This document shows positions 56,301 to 63,746 of a stretch of DNA of 64,000 nt, one piece after another (the stretch's first letter is position 1; the number at the start of each line of letters is the position of its first letter). Source of the DNA: Aplysia californica (lineage: Eukaryota). The notes beneath the pieces were generated by a model that was not told the DNA's origin, ran no database searches, and saw only the letters and a list, made by a program, of their open reading frames with translations. The stretch spans positions 658,908 to 722,907 of the forward strand of contig NW_004797665.1 of the NCBI RefSeq assembly GCF_000002075.1. The letters are read 5' to 3'. The translations under genes were made by a program, and so were the position numbers.

Positions 56301-59300
56301 TCGAGGAATCATGAACACATTGCTATCCTCTGATAGCTTTGCGAACGGGAAAATGGTACAGATGAAGATGTGCCTTGAGAATGCGGGACGTTGAGATGTA
56401 AGAAAATCATTGCTGTAGGCATCTTCTACTGACAGGCGTCTCATAGGGCTCATCTACTGAATTCTGCACCCTGGCGACGTTTAAAGGAGTGAAAACGGTG
56501 TGTGTATGACCTGAAGTGGTCGTTTTGTCCAGTAATTCTTTTGTTCTGATTCTCTACAGGTCATAACTGAAGGACCATTTCCACCCTTGACATCAGAAAA
56601 GTCCTTAAGGAAACTTTAACATTATTTCCGTACCTTAAGCGAAACTTTTGAAAATGAGTTGGTGGTGAGGAAATATTCAATACAAAAAGTTCTCTGCTCT
56701 TTACTAATCTTAACCATGATCTCAGCTGGCAAAACAAACTTGAGAAAAACTATCTGCAAACTTCTGTTGGCCGGTTAGACTGCTGTAGTTTGCAATTTGG
56801 TGCAATCGTTGGGATTTTTAGTGGTAGGCCTTAAGCAAACTAGTGCGCCATGCTACAAAAATGGGGACATAGCTGAAAATGGGTGGGTTTTTTACGTGCT
56901 ATATAAAGCAAAGCTATTTGGTGGATTTATCTAAAATAAATATCAGACAAATTCCTTTTGACTTCCAAATGTTGTGAACAAATTTGAAGCAAAAAACTAC
57001 AGTGTGGAGGAAAATATTAACAAAAAAAGTTGTACAGTTTTTTGGGATCAATAGGTGGAGGTTTCTTCAAATACCTTATAAAATCCTCTGGACATTTGCA
57101 TGTCTAGTGTTTAATATGATGTTTCAGCATGGGAGCAGATATACAGCAGTCAGGCGCATTACAACGAAAAAGACATCACATCTTAAAAATTAATCGACAA
57201 GTGTGTACGTAAAACAAAGTATTATACATATAATATAAATGCATATATGCGTCAAATTTTATATGAGAAAAACAGTCTCGCAGTGAGGTTGAAAATGTGT
57301 TCACTAAAAACATACAATGCAATAAAAATTCACGAACGGTCACAATAAAGTTGAAACGTGAGTAACTAGAAACATTCATTAAAACATTAATTCTATTCAG
57401 ACAGAAAAACATTTCCGTTCTCTCTCTCTCTTTCTTTCTCCCTCTCTATCTCTCTCTCTCTCTTTTGTCTCTCTATCTCTCTCTCATTCTCACACATTCT
57501 CTTAACATGTTATGTTCGAAAAAAGCTGTTATGTCCGAAAAATGTTTTCCCCCATTTAATTAAATTTAAACCAAGTAATGATAAACATCGCACTGCATTC
57601 CAAAGGTCAAGTAGTGGTAGATCTAGATGCAACCATGCGTGCTTGGTTAGATGTCAACGAGAGGGGAAAATTTGATGATATTTTCCAAAATTACAACAAA
57701 TATTTATCCATTATGTGTCATCGTGGTTATGTTCGAAAGATTATTGGTATTTGCATAGAGTCAGGGTAAAATGTGAATTAAGAGGCATTTTTTCACCATT
57801 AGCATACATAATGAGTCAAACTGAATCTCTTGAATCTTTGTTTGCCAAAATTTTCAAAAAAATGTTTTAAAATATGAAAAGGGAAACTATGATGACACAA
57901 ATGCTAACACAAAGACGCTTCAGTTACATACCTGGTATTTTTCATAAATGAACTTCCAAAATCTGTTTTTTGTGGGAATCTCAGAAGCTGTTCTGCCATC
58001 CTGGTAAAGGAAATGGTAAACATTAATAAAAATAGGCATCCCTGTATGGTTCAACACTGACAAACCTAAATCTAGTTTTCCATATTGTATGTGCCATCAC
58101 AGTGAAATCAGGTGCTCTTCAAAATAGTAAAATCGAAAAAACCAACATTTTTCCGCTCGTCGAGTAAGATTTTTTTTTAAAATAAAAAAAAAGTGGGGTT
58201 TTTGGTTTGTTTGTTTGTTTTTTGGGGGGAGGGAAGGCTCAAGGCGTTTTACATCCATTTAAAAACACATTTTTGCGTGGAATTATCGAAAAAAAGTTGA
58301 TCAAAAGCACAAAAAAGTACATTTGCAGTTTCCATTAAGGACACACCAAACTTGGACAGCCATTTTACTTCCGACAACACGCAACCTCAACCTTCTTCAA
58401 TCACAAATAATCAACTTCTATTCTTGATAGATGGATATTTCTTTTCAATCAAAAGCAAGACAATAAGCAAGCTTTAACTCTTTGAAGACGCGTCAGCAAA
58501 TAATCTTCTGACCATTGTCGCCATGTCAGCGGATAATCCGCTTTTAAACGTGTTTATTTGGTAAACTAGGGGTCGAAGGTGGACAACCTCTATTTCAATG
58601 GAAAGCTCGTCCAAAGCCCTATAATTTGGTTGATTTCTTTTATTTGCGTTCAAATTAGGATCGCATTGCATGGCGTTTGTTTTAGCCCCATTGTTTCGCA
58701 TGCACTGTTTCTATTCAAAATGGCGAGCTCCAGGCGATGCGGTTTTATGCGGACTGAAGAAGCATTAGAGTTGCTTATTGATGATGGCAGTGATGAGTAG
58801 TTAGATTTAGAGTTAGAAGAAGAAAGTTCATATGATAGTGATGATGAATCTGTACCATTTGTTAGTAATGGTAGATCTACAAGACCCCTAAGTCTCATCT
58901 TGTCCAAAAAAAAATTCTTTTGAGGGCAACTATAGTGATATTGCAGCCTTGATCAAGGTAAGACTGGTATTATGAATGTATGATTGATTGGTATTAGGGA
59001 AAAATATAGAGACATTGTACTTTTTAGTGGCGTAAGTGTGATTTTTTTGTAATGTTGATATGAAAAAAATGGTGACCTGGTAAAAAAGGGCAAAGACAGT
59101 CCGTCTCAGGGTATCGAGAAAGGGAAAGTGGGTCGCCTTCAAAGAGTTAAGATTATGTCAATAACTCAAATCCATATGCCAAAAAGATTGATGAACCCAT
59201 GATTTCAGCATGACACATGAACATGAAGTATAGTCTGAAAGCAAAAACGGCAAGAATCATTCTCCTTCTTCTTCTGGGTGTGTGGTTTTTAGTTTTTTTT

Positions 59301-62300
59301 AGAAAAGGTTTTACGGCGCTTGCAACTGCATAAGGAAATATGGGCACGCCTGACACATGAAGTGTGTTCAGTTTGGTAGGAATTAATTTTGATTTTTGAC
59401 CAGGTGGCGGCCGAAGTCTACTCATATCGATTTTAGCACCACCAAGGGATCATTAACAGGCGCAATTTGGATACAGGACCTCCGAGATCTGAGAAGGATA
59501 GGTGTTACATTTTTACCTACCCTAAGATCAGGGGTGTGGCTGAAAGACAGCAGTAAAAAGGAACCAAGGAGTAGCAGTAGAAATTCAACAGAAAGACTAG
59601 GGAGCCCAGAGGAGGGGGCAAAGGGGGATGGGATGGAAAAAGACAGAAAATGGAGATGAAAGCAGACGACAGAACTTGGTTAGAGAGCAGGAAAGGATGA
59701 AAGGAGAAAATTTAAGAGAAGAATATTTTCAGTCCATGTCAGGATTTGAATCTGGGACCTAATGAATGAGAGGAAAACACCATACCTCTAGACCAAGAGA
59801 GCCCCCTGGGTGTGTTTGCATGAGAACTTTCATTAACATCAATTTCTACATATGGAAAAACAAGTTTTCTACTAAAAATGCATGATTTGAAAGATATCTT
59901 TAATTTTGTTTAAAAAGAGGGACCTGGGGCTTTCTTATTGACAAACATTTATTCAGAACACAATGAAATGTGTCACGAATTAATGGAATCAGGTGCTCGT
60001 CAATTTTTGGGTATCTGGAGTAATTGGTGTTATCCTGAGGCTTGCTCATTTGTCTTGCATTTCATGAAACAATACCCATCTTTGACATATTTAATGATTG
60101 AAGGAGGTGAGGATCCCTTAGTGCCAGAAGTAAAATTAGCTAGAAAATGCATGGCCACCAAAGTTTGGCGATTTCCAAAGCTTGAGTATCCTTGAAAACT
60201 GCAAATTTACACGTTTTATTCCTTTGATTAACATTTTTCGACCAAATCTACACAGAAATGTGTTTTTAAATGGAGGTAAAAGGTATTGAACAAAAAAAAA
60301 GAAAATTCTGAAAAAATTGCCAAAGTTGGCAAGTAAACTGCCTGTTTCTTTTATTTCATTACTTTGACAAGTGCCTTTTTTCACCACAATGTCTCAGTGA
60401 ATGGCTTAACTAATATTGTAGTTTGTTATACTGTGGTATCTATTGCATTTTACAACTTGGGTAAACAAAAACTAAGTTTAAATAAAGAATAATACACAGC
60501 ACCTACAAAGACACAATATGTGAGGCAACATGGGGAAATTTGAAGAGCACCTGACACCCCCCCCCCCCCCCCCCCCCCCCCACGCTGTGATATATATGAC
60601 ATAACAGTGAGCAGAATGTCAATCATTATCTAACACTCACTGACACCTTCATTATCTGGTATGCATCAGCCGGAATAACCACAATCGGCGATGTCTGATG
60701 TTCTCTTTGGCACAATCAAGATAATTAATTCCTTTATCCCCGAGGGGAATAAACCCACTATGCCCAGGCCCTTTTTTGGTACTAATTCTAGAAATGACAA
60801 AATGGTCACTAAATTGCTCAATAGATCAAAACAAATGAACCTATTTCGACAGCTCTTCATCTAACGAATGAAATCCCGATAAAAGAGACCTGTTTTCCCC
60901 CAATTGCCAAAGAGTAATTTGATGTCAAAGTCGTTGTAAAGGAATGCGCCCGATCAGCCGCTCAACAGGACAGTGGTTCCGACCATGAGACGCTAGGAGC
61001 GACTTACCGGAGATAAAGAGTTAAGAAGGCAGACACTAAATAACCTGTCGCTACCAAAATGAGCCTTCTAGCACTAAAAATATATATATAAACAGTTGTG
61101 TATACAGTACCCGATTCTTAATGAAAGGGTTTACACCAGCAGCCATCAGGTCCCCAACATGGCAGCATTCATGCTGTAGGGCTGTTACATGTAGGGCTGT
61201 GTTGCCATGCTTGAAAAGAAATCATATGAGACAATTATGATCAAATACTTTGAACATAATTGAGCAATGGGATGAAATACAAGCTGCTATAATATAATGA
61301 TACATCAGGAAGAACATGAAAACTTCATAAATAACATAATAATAGCTGGTGACAGACCATAATAATAGATAGCATTTGTATAGCGCAAATTCCCGCTAAA
61401 CAGAAAATTCTACACATTTTACAATCTCTATATTATTACCCCCGTAGACCTGACAGCATTCTGAAACAATCGAACTTCATAGGAAGCATACAGTCCAGGC
61501 TGCCATTTTTATAGGCACTAAAACACTAACACACCGAAAATATCTTTTGTTATCTATTTCTGGATACCCATTCCCACCTGGGTGAAGTGAGAAAGATTCT
61601 GGTAGTCCCAAGGGCACAATGTTGGGCCTGAGGTTCGAACCCTAGAACCCACAACCTCATGAATACAATTCCAGAAGCATAACCACTAGACTACAGACAC
61701 CATATCAAAAACTTAAACCCTGCTGACCCAAGCACACACTTGCATGCACTATCTGTGCTATTCTCAGCTCCAAATGCATGCTTGCTCAGCGTATGGTGGT
61801 GTAAACCTAACCCTCAATCAAAAGGAACTCAGTACAGATAATGCAGTAGGGCTCAAAGACTCAAAGGGTAGAAGTTGAAGAAACACACTTTGTCAAAAAT
61901 TTGTTTCAGGGGAAACTGTGCTGTTGATAGTAAGGGATCAAAAGCAAAAATGAAACAGCTGGTGCTTAGGTGTTCAAGTCGGTATACTATAAGTCAACAT
62001 TACATCAAAACAATCTACAGGCCTACATCATAGGAACACTGCACATACCCTGTTCTGAGCATTCAGATTGATGCCAGTTCCGACAATGATATGAATGATG
62101 AAAGGTCGATGCATTGTGCACACATAGTGTAGATAAGTGTTGTGTTTCTGGAGAAAAAAAATAAATGAATAAAACCAAAAAACTTGGAAGCAAAATAAAT
62201 TTTAAAAATCCACAGTCTCACATCATTCAGTTCAATTTCAGTCGTGCACTAAAACCAAATAGGAGAGTTAGAAAGTTGTATTTTAGAAAAATAAGAACAT

Positions 62301-63746
62301 CTTATAGACCCATCAGATCTTTGACTATGAAAAGTGAGAACAAAGTCTTTTTCCATGTCTTATTCTTGCTACGAACTAAGGACGCAGGAACTCAATTTTT
62401 TAAGAGCAAAATGCTATTCTATTCAAGGAAGCGTAATTTTATTTCAGAGGTCTCAAAAATTTCCATTTTTATTCTTAGTTACAGCATATCCTTAAATACA
62501 AACATTTACAGAAAACAAAAAAGTAAACTGCAAGTAAACTAAGGTGCAAGTTCAGCTTTGTTAATATGTCATCATCATACTGAATGTATGTAGGCTATTT
62601 AGAAATTTAAAAAACAGAATACTCAGTTTCTGCAACATAAGCATTAATGCTTAAGTCACAATTATAAATCACAGCCAATGTGAGAGCTCCAAAGTCAAGA
62701 TATTGTAGACATATCATGAATTCATAATAGTTGCTTTCAGTAACTTACTTCTACCCATTCAGGATCTGATAATAAAATTGAGTTTCGGAAATCAAGAGTT
62801 TCAAAAGATACACCTAAGTGCTAATCTAAGAAAGTTCAGGGCAGCTATGAAAAACAAAACAGCTATATTGCAACAGTTTAGAAAAGGATATACAGCTGCT
62901 CACACAACAAAGACAAAACTTAATAGGCAAAGACAAAGATATGAAGTTGGAATCATAAGAAAGCAATTTTTTACTGAATGGCCACTGATCAACTAATTCC
63001 AATCTTTTGCTTTTGTTTGTTTGTGGTTCTATGTATATATAAAACTCTAAGATACTTGGTAGCTACATGTGGAGAAAAGGGGCTACTGAAGAAAAACTGA
63101 GACGCTTTTCTCATACTTTATTATAATACAGTTCTTAATAATTGTTTTCAAAGAAAAGTCACAGAATGCATGTTAAGATAGTCTGGATCACGTTCATTAA
63201 CACCAAACTAATTGAGCAGTGGTCCTCTCTGCTTTAAAAATGGACTCATCAAATAGGCCTAGAAAGAAATAAAAGTTTCAAGTGGTAGTTAAACATAAAT
63301 AAAGTCTTCTGAAAAGAAATTGCCTTAAACATGTTTTTTTTCTAAAATGGGGAAGCCTATGTTTATTCATTCATGTATTCTTTGATAGGAACAAAAAAAA
63401 TCGGAAAACATACAAGCTTATTATCTAAATTTGCAAAGAGAGACCTTGAGGTGAACAGAACTGATTTAAATATAAAGTGAACCTGATTCGAACTAAAGAC
63501 ATAGAAAAAAGTGACTGATCTGGGCCTTTTTAAATATCAAACATTTTTTCAAAACACAATTTCAATTGGCTAAACAATTTCATCAAGAAAAACTTTTTAG
63601 TTTGCAAAATATCAGTTTCATATTTAAGGCTACTAAAAGAAATATATGGATCTTACACGATCGGTGTAGAACGGATCTTCCCCATCTGCAAGAGCTTTTT
63701 TCAGCTCATCCATATCATTGTTGAATATAGCCGTGCTGATGCGAGT
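10931..63746 (-). CDS. Multi-exon gene (21 coding exons visible, 5' end outside window) encoding an uncharacterised ankyrin-repeat protein, ~775 aa visible, with basic then highly acidic C-terminal tail
   Basis: Exons joined by hand give one stop-free frame with canonical AG/GT boundaries: 63746-63657, 62147-62049, 61209-61111, 58000-57932, 55609-55523, 53317-53234, 52536-52447, 51978-51856, 50951-50856, 46296-46186, 45221-45153, 39740-39651, 37905-37825, 36814-36704, 34579-34478, 28301-28191, 27494-27426, 22017-21976, 17858-17754, 14498-14382, 11413-10931. Ankyrin-type motifs include NTYLHYVC...GINLNAQNR, HGNTALHV...AGVNPFIKNR, GRAAIHL...VDINACDN and LGRTAYHY. Confidence 0.9.
11993..12352 (+). 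mobile_element. tRNA-derived SINE, well preserved, with conserved central domain and L2-like (TTA)n tail
   Basis: A box TGGCCTAGTGG, B box GGTTCGAATCC; central TGTGTCCTTGGGAAAGGCACTT...CACCCAGGTG...AATGGGTACC; tail TGTAAAGCGC...GCGCTATACAAATG(TAT)n; decayed copy on minus strand at ~61359-61698. Confidence 0.88.
12736..13723. mobile_element. Cluster of three adjacent copies of an abundant ~400-bp MITE (Sola1-like)
   Basis: ~34-bp TIR GTGAGGCAGCGTGGTGAAATCAGGCTCTCGTCAA. Other copies at ~9459-9892, 19638-19930, 40125-41340, 44662-45072, 53493-53911, 54061-54470, 58091-59215, 59970-60397, 60520-60590. AWWT flanks (ATTT/ATTT at the 53493 copy, AAAT/AAAT at the 44662 copy). Confidence 0.75.
14382..14498 (-). 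CDS. Ankyrin-repeat gene exon 20 (LSPLMPEYRDLMFVAMDHAKEDIVVKLIQLGADWNRREL)
   Basis: TTTTAG acceptor, GTAAT donor, 117 nt; IVVKLIQLGAD ankyrin pattern. Confidence 0.87.
14637..16289 (+). mobile_element. piggyBac-like non-autonomous element, copy 1 (carries an extra ~0.9 kb including a LINE fragment)
   Basis: TTAA|CTCATTCGCTAC ... GTAGCGAATGAG|TTAA; 15611-16289 is highly similar to 54525-55304. Confidence 0.8.
14868..15340 (-). mobile_element. Non-LTR retrotransposon 3' fragment with (GAA)n tail, nested in a TTAA element
   Basis: LRQETWPTPLTLQEKLYGPTDELSRTAQFMTDTRLQV* followed by a GAAGAAGAAGAA tail; absent from the sister copy at 54487. Confidence 0.7.
17754..17858 (-). CDS. Ankyrin-repeat gene exon 19 (YEELCHLMKYRGKTLKHFNMAVRNFKYPVPLFAAL)
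   Basis: TTCTTTCAG acceptor, GTAAGT donor, 105 nt. Confidence 0.82.
18105..18606. repeat. Unclassified dispersed repeat; second copy at ~50225-50732
   Basis: Colinear similarity (TTTGCCCCAGA, TTTTCCCCAAAC, ATGCCTCATGCCATTGTGAC, ATAAACCCACC). Confidence 0.6.
18690..19502 (+). mobile_element. L2/CR1-group LINE 3' end (ORF2 C-terminus and 3' UTR across a gap)
   Basis: TYGGHSFLFFGPQVWNKLPYKIRSAPTISIFKNQLKHFLFTKAY; 3' end TGTAATGCGCATTGAG...TATAAAT...(TTA)n; UTR segment recurs inverted at ~57155-57400. Confidence 0.8.
19945..20310 (-). mobile_element. Probable LINE 3' UTR fragment; second copy at ~51400-51782
   Basis: Two colinear similar copies; end motif GTTTTACGGCGCTCGCAACTGCATAAGGTCAT is also at 5608, 6708 and 59308. 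Confidence 0.55.
20829..21836. mobile_element. Non-autonomous DNA transposon (hAT/P-like termini)
   Basis: TIR TAGGTACCGCAAACTG / CAGTTTGTGGTACCTA; CTATATG duplicated on both sides (20822-20828, 21837-21843). Confidence 0.7.
21976..22017 (-). CDS. Ankyrin-repeat gene exon 18, small exon (MRYGMVKQLACVDK)
   Basis: Strong pyrimidine tract TTTTTCTTTCTTTTACAG, AAG/GTATG donor, 42 nt. Confidence 0.75.
22320..22920 (+). mobile_element. Degenerate L2/CR1 reverse transcriptase fragment
   Basis: VPSCFKHAV, YRPISSLQFLFKIL, YQSAYR, LLDLxAAFNTI, GTSQGSMLGPLLYTLY. Confidence 0.75.
24139..26581. mobile_element. pogo/Tigger-like non-autonomous DNA transposon (probably with internal cargo)
   Basis: TA|CAGTGGAGTCCACTTATAAC ... 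GTTATAACAGGATTCCACTG|TA terminal inverted repeats. Confidence 0.65.
26845..27031. mobile_element. pogo/Tigger-like MITE
   Basis: TA|CAGTGTAGTCTCTCTATAACGAC ... GTCGATATAGAGAAGCAGCACTG with internal TATAACGAC repeats. Confidence 0.65.
27426..27494 (-). CDS. Ankyrin-repeat gene exon 17 (SGHRAVDYINSRKANEWLAKERK)
   Basis: TTTCAG acceptor, GTGGG donor, 69 nt. Confidence 0.82.
28191..28301 (-). CDS. Ankyrin-repeat gene exon 16 (LGRTAYHYTCAVEEEDERKDFCFLLTDAGINQELCDC)
   Basis: TTTTGCAG acceptor, GTGAG donor, 111 nt. Confidence 0.9.
29476..30610 (+). pseudogene. DIRS gag-like ORF1 (disrupted)
   Basis: Starts MADTEDILSVHD; contains KYKRPGNCEALLVRQTNPEIRK; in-frame stops and frameshifts; position upstream of RT. 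Confidence 0.7.
30614..32131 (+). pseudogene. DIRS reverse transcriptase + RNase H (disrupted)
   Basis: ILNLKKF...FKME...SIDLVSAYYSVPI, NGLAQCPRNF, YLDD at 31264-31275; RNase H VTTDAST...HIYELEMLAA; several stops and frameshifts. Confidence 0.92.
32150..32450 (+). pseudogene. DIRS Dam-like (N6-adenine) DNA methyltransferase domain (disrupted)
   Basis: PDVDLFASRLNHQ...PDPGAFATDAFTLNW...FFPSFCLLPRVLKKI...WPTQP, the MT domain typical of DIRS1 elements. Confidence 0.8.
32415..33500 (+). pseudogene. DIRS tyrosine recombinase (phage-integrase fold), premature stop just before the catalytic Tyr
   Basis: LLSGQRCQTI (catalytic R), KQSRKG (K), HSTRSAS (HxxR), VGWSKETT (W); TGA at 33426-33428 is followed by F-Y-K-K (Tyr codon 33432-33434). 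Confidence 0.92.
34478..34579 (-). CDS. Ankyrin-repeat gene exon 15 (GGRAAIHLCVLYWRFDVLKLLLHHDAVDINACDN)
   Basis: CCAG acceptor, GTAAG donor, 102 nt, clear ankyrin repeat. Confidence 0.92.
35253..35396. mobile_element. 144-bp TTAA MITE (piggyBac-like)
   Basis: TTAA|CACTTTGCAGTCAC ... GTGACAGCAAAGTG|TTAA. Confidence 0.65.
36704..36814 (-). CDS. Ankyrin-repeat gene exon 14 (LEVRKFHYIVRHRSLDDVINLLASTDRPEMLVNARDR)
   Basis: CAG acceptor, GTGAG donor, 111 nt; ends in VNARD. Confidence 0.88.
37825..37905 (-). CDS. Ankyrin-repeat gene exon 13 (YRDTFIYASGNETEEAVEFTKWLQEFD)
   Basis: CCTTTCAG acceptor, GTGAGT donor, 81 nt. Confidence 0.82.
39651..39740 (-). CDS. Ankyrin-repeat gene exon 12 (AYVKLIRTSNLKELERLCVVRYDSMLINFN)
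   Basis: TTTCTATAG acceptor, GTTAGT donor, 90 nt. Confidence 0.82.
40476..40815 (+). mobile_element. tRNA-derived SINE (second family), nested in a MITE
   Basis: GGGGACTCCAGTGGCTAAG head, GTGTCCTTGAGCAGGACA core, (TATG)n segment; inverted copy at ~8715-9052. Confidence 0.75.
42627..42924. mobile_element. TTAA MITE (piggyBac-like)
   Basis: TTAA|CTCTTTAAACCC ... GGGTTTAAAAAG|TTAA; internal GATGCTGGGAGC repeat. Confidence 0.55.
43045..43645 (+). mobile_element. RNase H-bearing non-LTR retrotransposon 3' fragment
   Basis: IVTNSKSIL...ITWIFRPGHSGVKGNEEADRL (RNase HI motifs); in-frame stop at 43396. Confidence 0.8.
44084..44600 (+). mobile_element. tRNA-derived SINE (third family) with LINE-type 3' tail
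   Basis: A box TGGCCTAGAGG, B box GGTTCGAATCC; tail ATGACCTAATGAAGTATCGAGCACCATAAAAC; inverted copy at ~59300-59806. Confidence 0.8.
44662..45072 (+). mobile_element. Copy of the ~400-bp Sola1-like MITE
   Basis: Same TIRs and internal sequence; AAAT on both flanks. Confidence 0.7.
45153..45221 (-). CDS. Ankyrin-repeat gene exon 11 (TGVTLRDVARLARRTDIVTLVDK)
   Basis: CAG acceptor, GTAAGT donor, 69 nt. Confidence 0.87.
45465..46105. repeat. Perfect 73-bp inverted repeat (45465-45537 / 46033-46105) around a ~495-bp spacer
   Basis: AAAAAGTCATGTTAAATT...ATTATTCTCAA and its exact reverse complement. Confidence 0.9.
46186..46296 (-). CDS. Ankyrin-repeat gene exon 10 (RGRNAAVYALDKTHRKVSAEVIEYMMKNDLDVSQRDM)
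   Basis: CAG acceptor, GTGAG donor, 111 nt. Confidence 0.87.
47238..47306 (+). repeat. (TA)n microsatellite
   Basis: Visible. Confidence 0.95.
48268..48552 (+). mobile_element. RTE-clade LINE 3' fragment
   Basis: WIGHVLRM...GRP...IKSKGWSWGQIKRLALDRE; AAGAAG tail. Confidence 0.75.
48780..49870 (+). mobile_element. 5'-truncated Ty3/Gypsy LTR retrotransposon: integrase core and C-terminus, polypurine tract, short 3' LTR
   Basis: Open frame PSSEGYTYLFTIIDRSTRWPEV...ITSDRGSQFTS...YHPQSNGIVERFHRTLK...GPYFV to stop 49694; PPT GGTGGGGGG at ~49705-49713; TGTGGGG at 49717 ... CTCCTACA(ACA) at 49860-49870. Confidence 0.9.
50856..50951 (-). CDS. Ankyrin-repeat gene exon 9 (APLYFAVLDPNVSDDIMWTVLKAGANFTLKDE)
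   Basis: TTCAG acceptor, GTATG donor, 96 nt; PLYFAV...KAGAN ankyrin pattern. Confidence 0.9.
51856..51978 (-). CDS. Ankyrin-repeat gene exon 8 (GADSCHILQYAIKLKDVRLVRMICKSKVNVNLRVTLQNYIK)
   Basis: CAG acceptor, GTACA donor, 123 nt. Confidence 0.85.
52447..52536 (-). CDS. Ankyrin-repeat gene exon 7 (GAIYAVLERDAEKAWTFLTHAKCDVNYVNY)
   Basis: TTTTTAG acceptor, GTAAGT donor, 90 nt. Confidence 0.87.
53234..53317 (-). CDS. Ankyrin-repeat gene exon 6 (DGKTLRQFAACRKFHDIVFHVDFHRHTL)
   Basis: CAG acceptor, GTAAGT donor, 84 nt. Confidence 0.85.
53493..53911 (+). mobile_element. Full-length copy of the ~400-bp Sola1-like MITE
   Basis: Both TIRs present; ATTT duplicated at 53489-53492 and 53912-53915. 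Confidence 0.75.
54487..55304 (+). mobile_element. piggyBac-like non-autonomous element, copy 2
   Basis: TTAA|CTCATTCGCTAC ... GTAGCGAATGAG; homologous to 14637-16289. Confidence 0.8.
55523..55609 (-). CDS. Ankyrin-repeat gene exon 5 (PGIFEAIAAHDVDKVLNLLHCWTRVDTLR)
   Basis: TTTGCAG acceptor, GTGAG donor, 87 nt. Confidence 0.85.
55669..57052 (-). mobile_element. Decayed, internally deleted Tc1/mariner-superfamily DNA transposon
   Basis: TA-CAGGGTG terminus at 55669 and imperfect inverted copy near 57022-57052; minus-strand transposase remnants MVKISKEQRTFCIEYF, IWFLGGAHIHLSGYINSTNAVYLG (cf. WFSDEAHFHLSG), QCVESKGGHFDH. Confidence 0.75.
57932..58000 (-). CDS. Ankyrin-repeat gene exon 4 (DGRTASEIPTKNRFWKFIYEKYQ)
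   Basis: CAG acceptor, GTATG donor, 69 nt; DGRTA continues the preceding ...KNR. Confidence 0.85.
58478..59146 (+). mobile_element. piggyBac deletion derivative inserted at a TTAA inside a MITE
   Basis: TTAA|CTCTTTGAAGACG ... CGCCTTCAAAGAG|TTAA; retains a piggyBac-like transposase N-terminus MASSRRCGFMRTEEALELLIDDGSDE*LDLELEEESSYDSDDES; host MITE resumes after the second TTAA. Confidence 0.8.
61111..61209 (-). CDS. Ankyrin-repeat gene exon 3 (HGNTALHVTALQHECCHVGDLMAAGVNPFIKNR)
   Basis: TTCTTTTCAAG acceptor, GTACT donor, 99 nt, canonical GNTALH motif. Confidence 0.92.
61359..61698 (-). mobile_element. Decayed copy of the SINE at 11993
   Basis: Reverse-complement matches (ACCCATTCCCACCTGGGTGAAGTGAG; GCATTTGTATAGCGCA). 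Confidence 0.75.
62049..62147 (-). CDS. Ankyrin-repeat gene exon 2 (KHNTYLHYVCTMHRPFIIHIIVGTGINLNAQNR)
   Basis: TTTTCTCCAG acceptor, GTATG donor, 99 nt = one 33-aa ankyrin repeat. Confidence 0.92.
63657..63746 (-). CDS. Ankyrin-repeat gene, first visible exon (TRISTAIFNNDMDELKKALADGEDPFYTDR)
   Basis: CAG acceptor, GTAAG donor, 90 nt, phase 0-0. Confidence 0.85.
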
